64,000 bases of DNA from Macrostomum lignano (taxonomy: Eukaryota), in assembly GCA_002269645.1 (NCBI GenBank), contig NIVC01001772.1, forward strand, positions 1 to 64,000. The letters run 5' to 3'. Below, in pieces: positions 42,121-55,441 of the stretch (positions are counted from its first letter, which is position 1; each line of letters begins with the position of its first letter). The notes below the pieces were generated by a model that saw only the letters and a program-made list of their open reading frames with translations, ran no database searches and was not told the DNA's origin. A program made the translations under genes and the position numbers.

Positions 42121-43829
42121 GTAACGTACATATAAATTCGTGCTCCTAAAACAAATTGTAATCATTACAGGAGATGCAGGTAATGCAAAATGTTGCCCAT
42201 TTAGCGAGATTTTTTACTTTACTTTACTTAACATAGTTTTAGCCAACCTTCGAGGCTTGTGTAGCTATAGTAAGGCAATTTTCTGAACTTGCTAGCGCGG
42301 GCAGATGCGCATTAGATTTACAACTACTAGTGCAGTAACGATGCCTTTTTGAAGCCTAAAGCAGTACTAGTAGCAAGTGTCTGAACTGAAATGTTAAGCG
42401 CGGCTTTTACAACCTGAAATGCGTTTATTTATTAGCTGTGGCTATCCTCCCAGCATCTTGAATCGTTGGCGAACTTTTGCTGCCGAAGAGGAAGGAACGA
42501 CACGGCACGTCAGGCCTCCCCTTTGTACTTGCGTTGCTCGAGAAAGTGTCTGACGAACTTGGTTTTTGGTTGTAAAAAAATAACCGTCGGCACAAATGAG
42601 CAACTTTGTAAGCAATTTCCTTCATTAAGCTGTAGAGTTCCTTTGGTTAGTGGAAAATGGAAACTGTAGCTAACAATGTAGCAGTGATGATGACTGAATT
42701 ATTCAAAACTGGCAAGCTCTTAATGAAGACGGAAGCGAAACTCTTTGTTGTCGTCATGCGCACGCTGGTCCTGTACTTTTAAGCATCTGCTCTATATGCG
42801 CGTGTTGAACAGTAGAACTACAAAGATCATTTAGTTATTAAAATTAAGAAGCAAAGATAAATCGTTGATGTTTCTATCAGAGGTTCAGAGTTTTTTATTC
42901 AAGAATCAGAGGACAATAACTTGGTACTTCTACTAGAATATAAGGCCTGTGTTTTCCTCTGTTTTTCATCTGAATTCGCTCGTGGGAGATATTTCCGTCG
43001 AGAGTTCCCACGAGGATATTAGAAAGATAGTCGGGTAGTATTATTAGTCGTCTCCTTCCTTCTCTTTCGAGGTTATTGTGAAGATAAACAAGAATGAATT
43101 CGAAATGAAGCTCTTTAACTACTGGCTATTTTGTCTTCGGGTTTCTGTCTTCGCGTGTCTGCTCTCGTCTGTTCGCCATCTGCCGTCTTGCGTAGCCATC
43201 ATCCGGCAGGCTAGCTTGCAGATTTTTATGGTCCTTGCATTCCGCCCTGTTTTCGAAGTAATTCGAATTGGAAATGATAAATCTTATTTATTCATGACAC
43301 AATCCGAAATTTGTCAGATTGTCAAGCTTACAAGGAAGAAATTTTCCGTGTTAGTGTAAAGTGCAGCTGAATATAGTGCTTCACGCTATGCACATTCTGG
43401 CAGCTCTACGCAAAAAATCTATAAATTATACAATACAATACATAATTTGTTTTATCGCCGGATCGATTCCTCTGAACTAGTGTCTGCAGTGTTTGTCTGC
43501 CAGAGGCAGGCAGAGAGGCAGATTGCCGATGCGGGAGGAAAGAGGATCATAGCTCCCCCCTTAGGTAATTTTTCCCGCGACATTTTCGCTGTTTGGCTGT
43601 CCTATATATCTTGGATTATTCGACATTCTTCTTCCATTTTTATCTATTGACGCTTCTTTTCCCGTCCGTGAATATTTTCTTTCGTTGCGTCTGTAAAGGA
43701 CGATAGAACTTTTTCTGGCCAAGGATGGCTGAACTTTTTCGCGCTTCATTCTGCCTTTTTGGTTTTGTTTCCTATATATAGAAAGAACTGCCAAGACACC
43801 ATTTTTGTCACTTGAAAACGTCAATTTTG

Positions 43830-44830
43830 TCAACTCGGATTCAGCACTCTTGTCACTTGGAATCGGTACTCTTGTCATTTGGAATAGGCACTCTTCTTGT
43901 CACTCCAAACCGGCAAACATCTTGTCATTCGGCTTTGACGCTCTTCTTGTCACTCGGAATCGGTACTCTTGTCATTTGTAATCGGCACTCTTCTTGTCAC
44001 TCCAAACGGCAAACATCTTGTCATTCGGCTTCAACACTTCTTGTCACTCCAAACCGGCAAACATATTGTCATTCGGCTTCGGTACTCTTGTCACTCCAAA
44101 CCGGCAAACATATTGTCATTCGGCTTCGGTACGCTTGTCACTCCAAACCGGCAAACATATTGTCATTCGGCTTCAACACTTCTTGTCACTCCAAACCGGC
44201 AAACATATTGTCATTCGGCTTCGGTACTCTTGTCACTCCAAACCGGCAAACATATTGTCATTCGGCTTCGGTACTCTTGTCACTCCAAACCGGCAAACAT
44301 ATTGTCATTCGGCTTCAACACTTCTTGTCACTCCAAACCGGCAAACATATTGTCATTCGGCTTCGGTACGCTTGTCACTCCAAACCGGCAAACATATTGT
44401 CATTCGGCTTCAACACTTCTTGTCACTCCAAACCGGCAAACATATTGTCATTCGGCTTCGGTACGCTTGTCACTCCAAACCGGCAAACATATTGTCATTC
44501 GGCTTCAACACTTCTTGTCACTCCAAACCGGCAAACATATTGTCATTCGGCTTCGGTACGCTTGTCACTCCAAACCGGCAAACATATTGTCATTCGGCTT
44601 CGGTACTCTTGTCACTCCAAACCGGCAAACATATTGTCATTCGGCTTCGGTACGCTTGTCACTCCAAACCGGCAAACATATTGTCATTCGGCTTCGGTAC
44701 TCTTGTCACTCCAAACCGGCAAACATACTCGTATTGTCATTCGGCTTCGACGCTCTTCCAGTCATTCGGAATCGGCACTCTTCCAGTCACTCGGAATCGG
44801 TACTCATCTTGTCACTCCAAACCCTCCCTC
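43830..44830. repeat. Minisatellite, 47/48-bp unit built from two ~23-bp subunits
   Basis: CTTGTCACT recurs at 44040, 44087, 44134, 44182; explains the three long overlapping ORFs. Confidence 0.95.
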
Positions 44831-45639
44831 ATTTTGCCACTCCAAACTTGTAAACTTCTTGTCAGTCCGTCGTCCTTTTTGCATCACAATCGAATCAATG
44901 CTGCTCATTAGAGCCAGAGCTCTCTCCAGAGCAGTGTAGAAATACGTATGGACCCAGTAATTTTTTAGCAAAGCAATGCATGACTAGATTGATTAAAGCA
45001 AAAATAGGCAGTTGAGATTCTTTCTTTCCTCTTGTCCCACTGCGGGTTTCTATCGGAATTTCTGCTAGCTGAAGGCTTGAGAACTCGAGAGCAAGAGAGC
45101 AACACACAAACACACACTGAACCGAATTGAGTTCGTTATAACCTAATTGAGCTGATGAGCCTGATTCTCCTTCTCTACTGCTTAACAAGTCCAAGATATA
45201 GAAGTGCTCTCCTGGGATTAGCTCCTCTACTATTGGTACTGGTAATTGTGTTAAGGCAGCCTCAGACATGCCAATATGTTCTGCAAATATTTGCAAGAGA
45301 AAATATACGACCTTTTATACTAGTATACAGCGAAGCCTATTTTCAATGCGCTACTGGTGCCAAACCAAAGCTAATTTAAATAGCTCCTCTTTACCGTTTG
45401 ATACAAGTTATTATCATTAATTTTTTATCTTTGAGATCCGGAAGATATTCACTAGTTAGACTCTTGGGTCCTCATTTGCAATTTTCCAGTAGTATGCAGT
45501 TTTTTGGAAAAAAAAAGGCCAAGGATGAAGAGGGAGATAGATCAGGTGGGTGAAGGTAGATTAAATAAATGTTAGGTATATTAGGCAAATGTTGGTATAT
45601 TAGGTGAGTTAAAATAGATTAAGTGAATTAAGGTGTAGA

Positions 45640-46260
45640 TGACGTGAGTAAAGGTAGCTTAGGTGGATGAAAGTAGATTCAGTGAGTGAAGGTAGATTAG
45701 GTGAATGAAAGTAGATTCGGTGAATTAAGGTGTAGATGACGTGAGTAAAGGTAGATTAGGTGAATGAAAGTAGATTCGGTGAGTGAAGGTAGATTAGGTG
45801 AATGAAAGTAGATTCGGTGAGTGAAGGTAGATTAGGTGAATGAAAGTAGATTAGGTGAGTGAAGGTAGATTAGGTGAATGAAAGTAGATTAGGTGAGTGA
45901 AGGTAGATTAGGTGAATGAAAGTAGATTAGGTGAGTGAAGGTAGATTAGGTGAATGAAAGTAGATTAGGTGAGTGAAGGTAGATTAGGTGAATGAAAGTA
46001 GATTCGGTGAGTGAAGGTAGATTAGGTGAATGAAAGTAGATTCGGTGAGTGAAGGTAGATTAGGTGAATGAAAGTAGATTAGGTGAGTGAAGGTAGATTA
46101 GGTGAATGAAAGTAGATTCGGTGAGTGAAGGTAGATTAGGTGAATGAAAGTAGATTAGGTGAGTGAAGGTAGATTAGGTGAATGAAAGTAGATTAGGTGA
46201 GTAAAGACAGTTTAGGTGAATAAAGGTAAATTAGGTGAATGAAGGTAGATTAGGTGGGTA
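45640..46260. repeat. Minisatellite of alternating 19-bp units (GTAGATTAGGTGAATGAAA / GTAGATTAGGTGAGTGAAG)
   Basis: Direct reading; 38-bp dimer period. Confidence 0.95.
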
Positions 46261-46366
46261 AAAGTTAGGTGAGATTATTTGGATTTATGATGTGTCTTTT
46301 GAAATACACAAAAGTTTAATTTTCAATAATCGAGTGCTCAAAATTTTACCTCAAATTTCTCCACAG

Positions 46367-47216
46367 TGGACGAGCGGCACCCGGACTCGGTGCCCAGGCC
46401 CTACTCGCGATCCATTCATCGACGGCCTATTTGCAACTTGAGCTCGCCGCCGCCGCCGCCGCCTCCCCCACCGGCGCCGCCTTCGCCGCCCCCGCCGCCT
46501 GGCGAGCCGGCCGATCTATTAGGCGAAAACGATTCAGATTTCCGTTTGCCAACCTCCAGCACGGCCGATTCCGGTTTTCCTCTGACTAACGCATCAGTTA
46601 CAACAGACGCTGCCGATGCTACTGACAGCAGTAGTAACAGTAGTGGCAGTTGCACTATCAGCAGCAGCAGCTACTGCGGTGCCTCGCCGCCGCCGCCTCC
46701 ACCGCCGCTGCCGCCGCCGCCGCCTGCGCTATCCTGTGGCGACAGCGCCAGCTCTGATACGAGTAGCAGCGACGACGAAGACAGCAAAGCAGAAGAAGAA
46801 GACGACGCTGGCGAAGCAGATTTTGGCAATTCGCCAACTGGCGCAGAGCTGATGGCGCGCCGGTGCAGCCTGCTAGTTGAAGAGGTCGAGTATTATCGCC
46901 AGGGCCAGGCCACGGTGCTGGAGGTGCTGGATAAAGCGGACAAGCTGAACGAGAAACTGCAGGGTGAGCGGCCACTCTTTTGCTTAAAAAGCGCGTTTGC
47001 TTTCGGGTTTAATTAGTGTTGAAATTGTTGATGATGAATTGACGCATTGGTTTAGGGTGACGCCATTTTGAGAACGGGAAAACGAACTGATCGATATACT
47101 GAGCTAGACACGCAAACAGAAACACGAAGGCACAGTCAGGCATGCATAGACAAATGGATATACTTCAACAGTACTACGACACTAATCGACACTAATAAGA
47201 AACCAGACAGGCAGTA

Positions 47217-47285
<69 letters not shown>

Positions 47286-47336
47286 CTAAGCCAGGCAGAC
47301 AGGCAGACATACACTAAAACAGTCACTAAGACAGAC

Positions 47337-47369
<33 letters not shown>

Positions 47370-47492
47370 CTAAGACAGACAGACAGATAGACAGACAGAC
47401 AAACAAACACTAAGACAGGCAGACAAACAGACACTAAGACAGGCAGACAGACAGACACTAAGACAGGCAGACAGACAGACACTAAGACAGGC

Positions 47493-47547
<55 letters not shown>

Positions 47548-50500
47548 TAGGCCGACAGACAGACAGACAGACAGACAAACAAACACTAAGACAGGCAGAC
47601 AAACAGACACTAAGACAGACAGACAGATAGACAGACAGACAGACATACAGACAGACAGACAAACAAACACTAAGACAGGCAGACAGACAGATACTAAGAC
47701 AGGCAGACAGACAGACACTAAGACAGGCAGACAGACAGACACTAAGACAGGCAGACAGACACTAAGACTGTCAGACAGACACTAAGACTGTCAGACAGAC
47801 ACTAAGACTGTCAGACAGACACTAAGACAGGCAGACAGACAAAGATACTTGAGCTTTTATATGTTTGCGTTTTCAATTTCGAGAGTATTCCAGCAGCAAG
47901 CCTTTTACGGGTTCGCTGAATAGACTTAAACTTTCACCCATTCTAACCAAGAAAAAAGCACAGAACAAAGCACTACATGCTGAAGCTGAATGCTGAAGCT
48001 AATATTTGGCATGTGAATTAAATGATTAGCTTTAACATTTCTACACTAGACGGAAGAGATAATTTATATATAAAAAACTCTAGCAAACACCTATCGTCCA
48101 GTCTGGCTTCTATAACTAGCTTTGCTTGTCAGCTCTGATGCCTGATAGTATCTATGCATATGCATATGTAAACATGCCACTTCCTATATTTGCCTATATA
48201 GTATCCCTAGCAGCTCTACTTAATAATGTGTGGCCAGCTAAATTCCCTGCGATCTGTCATGAATTGTTGATGACTTTCCTAAGTGCCTTATTGAAAAGAA
48301 ATCTAGTATATAGAAAATGACTGAGTACAGTAGAATATAGAGACGCAATGGTGAGAAAATGACTGAGTACAGTAGAATATTGAGACGCAATGGTGAGAAA
48401 ATGACTGAGTACAGTAGAATATTGAGACGCAATGGTGAGAAAATGACTGAGTACAGTAGAATATTGAGACGCAATGGTGAGAAAATGACTGAGTACAGTA
48501 GAATATTGAGACGCAATGGTGAGAAAATGTTTGAGTACAGTAGAATATTGAGACGCAATGGTGAGAAAATGACTGAGTACAGTAGAATATTGAGACGCAA
48601 TGGTGAGAAAATGTTTGAGTACAGTAGAGCACTGACATGCAATGGTGAGAAAATGACTGAGTACAGTCGAGCACTGACATGCAATGATGAGAAAATGACT
48701 GAGTACAGTATAGCACTGACATGCAATGATGAGAAAATGACTGAGTACAGTAGAGCACTGACATGCAATGATGAGAAAATGACTGAGTACAGTATAGCAC
48801 TGACATGCAATGATGAGAAAATGACTGAGTACAGTAGAGCACTGACATGCAATGATGAGAAAATGACTGAGTACAGTAGAGCACTGACATGCAATGATGA
48901 GAAAATGACTGAGTACAGTAGAGCACTGACATGCAATGGTGAGAAAATGACTGAGTACAGTAGAGCACTGACATGCAATGATGAGAAAATGACTGAGTAC
49001 AATAGAATAATGACATGCAATGGTGAGAAAATGACTGAGTACAATATAGTAATGACATAGTCATAAGAAACCGAGATACTACGATAGTAGGGTAACTTTT
49101 ACATCACTTTAATATGGGTAAAGTAATTCTATCACGCATTTTTTAAATAGACGATAAAACCTATGTTTGATTGAAAAAGTACGAATAGACACTGAAGAAG
49201 GCTGTGCACTTTTACGCCATCCAGAGCGATTCACTTGTCTCTTTACTTTGATCCTCTGGCTAAAGAAAAAATGCTTTTTTCGCTTTAACTGGTTTGTTTG
49301 CCAAAAAGGCAGACATTTTAGTGATCTTTTTTAGTGGCTCTTTTGACTTGAACAAGAAGGAACAACTTCTCAGTCATTAGTTTGTTGTCTGTTGGTAAGG
49401 ACAGGCCGCCTCTTGAAAACTTTTTATTGAGATGAAACTCCTGGCTTCGGCTTGAGAGCTGCTGCCACCCACACGGCTCTCTTTCTCTCTTGTCCAGATG
49501 CTTTTAGGGGCATGCACCAGAGCTTTTATCATTCCAGCTTTGAGCCCCATTCTGTCCAAATAAGGATGCTTCAATCGTTAGTTGCAAAATTTAGACAACA
49601 AAATGTATATTATAGTTGGATTGGATTTCAAAATTGATTGATACAAATTTGTCCTGCGTGTGTACTCTAATTCAATCTGAAACATTGCCAGTACATTGCT
49701 TCTGCTGCTGTTGATGTTGTTTTTGTTGTTTGCTTGTCTAATTCTGTACACTTCTGTATCGCTAAATGATCTCTCTACCGCCTCCATTCCTCCTCTCTCA
49801 CCCATCTCCTTGTCAGCCCTCACTCTGTCACCCTCTCCCTCTGTCAGCCTTCACTCTGTCACCCTCTCCCTCTGTCAGCCTTCACTCTGTCACCCTCTCC
49901 CTCTGTCAGCCCTCACTCTGTCACCCTCTCCCTCTGTCAGCCTTCACTCTGTCACCCTCTCCCTCTGTCAGCCTTCACTCTGTCACCCTCTCCCTCTGTC
50001 AGCCCTCACTCTGTCACCCTCTCCCTCTGTCAGCCTTCACTCTGTCACCCTCTCCCTCTGTCAGCCCTCACTCTGTCACCCTCTCCCTCTGTCAGCCCTC
50101 ACTCTGTCACCCTCTCCCTCTGTCAGCCTTCACTCTGTCACCCTCTCCCTCTGTCAGCCCTCACTCTGTCACCCTCTCCCTCTGTCAGCCCTCACTCTGT
50201 CACCCTCTCCCTCTGTCAGCCTTCACTCTGTCACCCTCTCCCTCTGTCAGCCCTCACTCTGTCACCCTCTCCCTCTGTCAGCCCTCACTCTGTCACCCTC
50301 TCCCTCTGTCAGCCTTCACTCTGTCACCCTCTCCCTCTGTCAGCCTTCACTCTGTCACCCTCTCCCTCTGTCAGCCCTCACTCTGTCACCCTCTCCCTCT
50401 GTCAGCCTTCACTCTGTCACCCTCTCCCTCTGTCAGCCTTCACTCTGTCACCCTCTCCCTCTGTCAGCCCTCACTCTGTCATCCTCTCCCTCTGTCAGCC

Positions 50501-53500
50501 CTCACTCTGTCACCCTCTCCCTCTGTCAGCCCTCGCTCTGTCACCCTCTCCCTCTGTCAGCCCTCACTCTGTCACCCTCTCCCTCTGTCACCCATCACTC
50601 TGCAACCATCCCCCCTCTGTCACCCCTCACTCTGTCACCCTTCACTCTGTCACCCTTCACTCTGTCACGCCTCCCTCTGTCACCCCTCACTCTGTCACGC
50701 CTCCCTCTGTCACCCCTCACTCTGTCACCCTTCACTCTGTCACGCCTCCCTCTGTCATCCCTCCCTTTCTATCTCCCTCTCGCTACCTCTCGTGCACCAT
50801 TTTGGGTTTTCTTCGTCGCCTCTCTTAATCTTTTCCTATCTCTGTATTTTCCTCTCCTTTCTTGTCACTTAGCATCATCTCCTGTTAGTCTTAAGTCTAC
50901 TCATTTCTTGTGCGCCTTGTAACATCTGCAGCCGCTCAGCTTATATCCTCTTGTGCTCTAATGCACACTCGCAAATTAAATCCCAAACCCTGGGAGCTCT
51001 ATCCGTTTTTTTCTTTATAGTCAGTCCGTCGGTTTTGTCTCCTCCAAATTTCCTTCCTTTTGCCCAGCGGAGCATCTGCTTAGCGCCCGGAACTGCTTAA
51101 AAATCGATGGGATATAAGCCAGCTTCTTTTGACCAGCTAGCTTCTCTTCATCTTTGGCGAGCTCAAGGCGTCAAATTCGATCTACTATATCCTCTCGCCT
51201 GTCCCGCCGCCCTTGCCTTGTGGGCCTTTTCCTTTTCCTCCTTCTCTTTCGCTCTTTTAATCTCATTTCATCAGGCTCTGTCGTATGTCTTTCGCAACCG
51301 TCAGTATCTGCTGTCGGATTGGGATTAGTTATCCGGCTCATTGAAATTGGCATTGCTGAACAATAGAGAATTTAAAGTTGAGGAAAAAAAATTACATTAT
51401 CTTCGCCCTTGATTACTCTATTGACGAAATTCAGGCCGAGAACTAACTCGAGACTAAAGGCCTATCCCAAGGGAGATGAATACTTGATGGATTAACTTAA
51501 TTCAATACAGAGGAAAGAACAAAATTTAAATTGTCCTTCTTATAGTATATTCTCCACTATTGCAAAGAAGCATCATTCACTACTTATCGCTGGACAAATC
51601 TGATTGGCTGCGCCAGTCAGCAATCACAAGAGAAGGAAAGCCAGTGGCGAAGTTGAAATCATTTTCCTTGCCAAGCGCCTGGTTGAATTGGCCGCTAATC
51701 CTGCTCTCAAAGCAAACAAAAATGATAGGCCGGAATGCAAGCCAGAGAGCTTTATAAGAACAGTAGGCACCTTGGCTGCAGCAGTGTTTTGCTTGCCTGA
51801 TTTTGCTATTCTAAAAAGTGCACACTTGATAATTAAAGAAATTCAGCCAGTCCTGCTGCTGCCTTTTGATCTTGTTCCGAGCTGGCATAAATCAAAGCCA
51901 AATAATAAAGAAGCCTATTTTTATTGCTCTATATTTGAGCTAAGGAGAAGCTTTGTACCGATGCTCCGTTATTATCAAGATGAGGCTATACAATTTGCTG
52001 TTTGCAACTCGCTATCAGGTGAGACAAAGTGCCTACAACTGATTCGCGAAGTATGTACAACATACGAACTATGAACTATGCGCAACATGCACACTGAAGC
52101 AATCAAGGTCTGCTCAGGTTTTGCGTCTCTTCTCAGCATTCTCTCTCTCTTCTCTCGTCTCTCTTCTCTCTCCTCTTCTATCTTTTCTCTCATTCCATCT
52201 CTCGCATCGTATATATTGATCACTGGACACCATCATTCAAGACTGAAAAGATTCTAAAGATAGGCAGTCTCATTTTTTTGTCCAAGTTCTGTTTCCAAAA
52301 CCACAGGACATTTGCTGTCTCTTTAAAAGGTATCGACAAAAATATACATATTTCCATGTCTTCGCAATGGGTAGCTGCTTTCTGCTGGGCTTGGATAGCG
52401 GGCAAATTTTGCCCGGTTGTCAATCACCTGTGCATCCATCGATATAGTTCTCTCTTTCAGTCTCACTACCGCTGTCATTGGTAAAAGCATCCCTAACTAT
52501 GTCATTTATGCTGTTGCTTTTCGGTTGTTTCTATTTGCACTTTCTGAGGAAATATTTGAATTCGCTTGAATTTCTCGTCCTTTTCGTAGTCGTCCAACAA
52601 CTTCTTTTTATTGAACATGCTGTCTGTTTCCTTTTTTACTTTATTTTTCCCAACTTTCCGCTTTGCCCCATTACCCCACTACCATTCTCATTATCCGCCC
52701 TTACCATTCTCATTATCTGCCCCTGCCATTCTCAGTATCCGCCCCTGCCATTCTCATTATCCGCCCCTGCCATTCTCATTATCCGCCCTTACCATTCTCA
52801 TTATCCGCCCTTACCATTCTCATTATCCGCCCCTGCCATTCTCATTATCCGCCCCTGCCATTCTCATTATCCGCCCCTGCCATTCTCATTATCCGCCCTT
52901 ACCATTCTAATTTCCGCCCCTACCATTCTCATTATCCGCCCCTGCCATTCTCATTATCCGCTCTTGCCATTTTCATTATCCGCCCCTACCATTCTCACGC
53001 TTCACCCGTTCCTCATACTCTAACATATCGCAGCTTTCAACTATAAGACGAGTGGCTTGTCATTCAAATAAACCTTGTTAACAGAATTCGTAGCTCATGG
53101 CCATGGGCTAGATGAGAGAGAAAAGAGGAGGAAATAAATGAGAGAGAGAGAGAGAGAAGAAGAAAGGTAGAGATTTGAGAAGAGATTAGGGTGGAGAGAG
53201 GAGAGGAGATAACGTGAGAAGAGACATAAACCCTGAGCGGGCTGGATTGCTATTGTGAAGTTTCAAAGGACCCGAGGGCCGGATAGAGAGGCTTCTCGCG
53301 TCGCATATGGCCCACTGTATTACACAGGACACTATGTTATCGAGAGTAATGTTCATATTCAGTGCGACGCTTATCTTTTCTGTCTGTCTATCCCTCAATG
53401 TGTGAAAGACGGAATCGGCCGTCGTTCACTAAGTTAGTCATTTTTTTTTCTGCCGACTCTATCATCAATCTTTCTCCGGAAAAATAAATAGATACACATA

Positions 53501-55372
53501 GCATATACCAGGTTTAGGCGCATTAACACAAGTCAGGTGCGCTGAGAACTGAAAAAACACACATTGTTTGTTACATGCATAGTTGAGTTAAGATTGATTG
53601 TGCAGGTGTACTATATAGTTAGTTAGTTGGTCTGGCAGATTTTTTTAGCCATGATTAATGCTCTGCTTTTTAAATAATTGTATAATACAATAGCGAATAT
53701 TCGGTGTTTAGATAACTAGAGCTCCAGGTGCACGTTTAGGCTTTTTTGCTTTTGCCTACTGTTGCAAAAAAGCACGAAATTGCAGCAGTTCTTGCGTGTT
53801 GAAGTGCAATTTTGTGCGTTCAAATATCCCAGACAGAATTGCTTCCGGATATTTCAGGGTGACACAGCGTTGTCACTCATCGGCATGCTTATTACGGTGC
53901 CAAATCATTTTATTCGGCCTTAGAAATACTTTTCTGATGCTAGTTTTCCGGCATCAATTGATTGCACTTGGTTAATTTTAGTAAAATGCATTTACGAGCG
54001 TAGTACTTCCGTTTAGTCTTATTCTACCATTAGCCTCTCAGCTCAGTTGCTGGGCCAGCCTCCCAGATCCTCAGTTGCTAGGCCAGCCTCCCAGATCCTC
54101 AGTTGCTAGGCCAGCCTCCCAGATCCTCAGTTGCTAGGCCAGCCTCCCAGATCCTCAGTTGCTAGGCCAGCCTCCCAGATCCCCAGTTGCCGGGCCAGCC
54201 TCCCATATCCCCAGTTGCTAGACCCAGCCTCCCAGATCCTCAGTTGCTAGGCCAGCCTCCCAGATCCTCAGTTGCTAGGCCAGCCTCCCAGATCCTCAGT
54301 TGCTGGGCCACCACCATTCTAAATCCTTTAAATCGTAAACATTCACGGCAAGGAATAATAAATGAGTAAAGAGACTTATTATTATAATATTTTGTTTACT
54401 TTCTCATCAGTCATTTCAACTTCAACTTCAGTTTGTCAAATAGAGCTTTAATTAAAGTTTCATGCAGACAGTAAACTGTTATAATCGATCCTGGCCTGCT
54501 CAGAGACTTCTCAGCTAGTAGCAATCCATATCGTAATAATCTTTGCCGCTCAGCCACATTGGCACAGCTCAGCTCAACTGTGCACTATGATTCATCCTTG
54601 GTCTTACGCCTGTCAACAAAATCCAACCCACTTGAGCCCAGCTAGCCAGGCCTGTGAGGCGTGTCGGCACCCTGCTGGCCCTCTTGGGACATATGTCTTC
54701 GGCTAGCTCTTGCTCTCCTACTCTCTTGTCCGCGAAAGAAATGAAAGATTGCTGCCAGTGCTACCATATTATGTACTATATGCATGCATACATATGCTAA
54801 TACATGTATTGGCACAGTGAAGTGAGCGAATGCGTGCCAAACTTTTCCCTGATTAAAAGCTAGTGTTTTCATTTTATTTTTCCTATAACTAATATCAGTA
54901 CTCGTAGGTTTTTCGAATCTCGGTAAGAAGCTTTTGCCAATCGGTTGGCAGCAGTTTTAAGTAGTTATGTCACGATTTTTTCTTAAGTTCCCATTAGGGT
55001 CTCTGCTTTGGAGTACAACAAGGGTTGTAGCCTAGTGGTTAGAGCGTCGGACTCGCGACTTGGAGGTCGGGGGTTCGATTCCCGATCCCTCACTAGAAAA
55101 ATTTATGTCCTTAACTTGTCCAAGGGGCAAGACACTTAACTCTGTGTTAGTCTAGGAAAACTGAGTCAAGTCATGTTTGCAAGAGAAGGAGAATACCATT
55201 GAAAGATCTTTACCGAAGTGACGAAAGTATTTATTTGACTACAAAACACGAAACCACGTACATTAGTAGACAAACGCCATCCGATTGGCTGGGGGTTAAA
55301 ACCATGCACACTGGCAAGCACAAATGTACACAGGTAGGGGTAAAACGATAGCGCGCAAGAATGATCAGTCAC

Positions 55373-55441
<69 letters not shown>

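Noticed and set aside
43812-44939. Three ORFs of 294-375 aa with a CHS repeat
   Set aside because: Products of the 47/48-bp minisatellite in all three frames.
51604-52074. 156-aa ORF in the DLG5-like intron
   Set aside because: No recognisable domain or splice support.
55021-55095. tRNA gene (also 59511 and 41743)
   Set aside because: The tRNA-like heads continue into shared SINE bodies, and no complete cloverleaf or Pol III terminator was seen.
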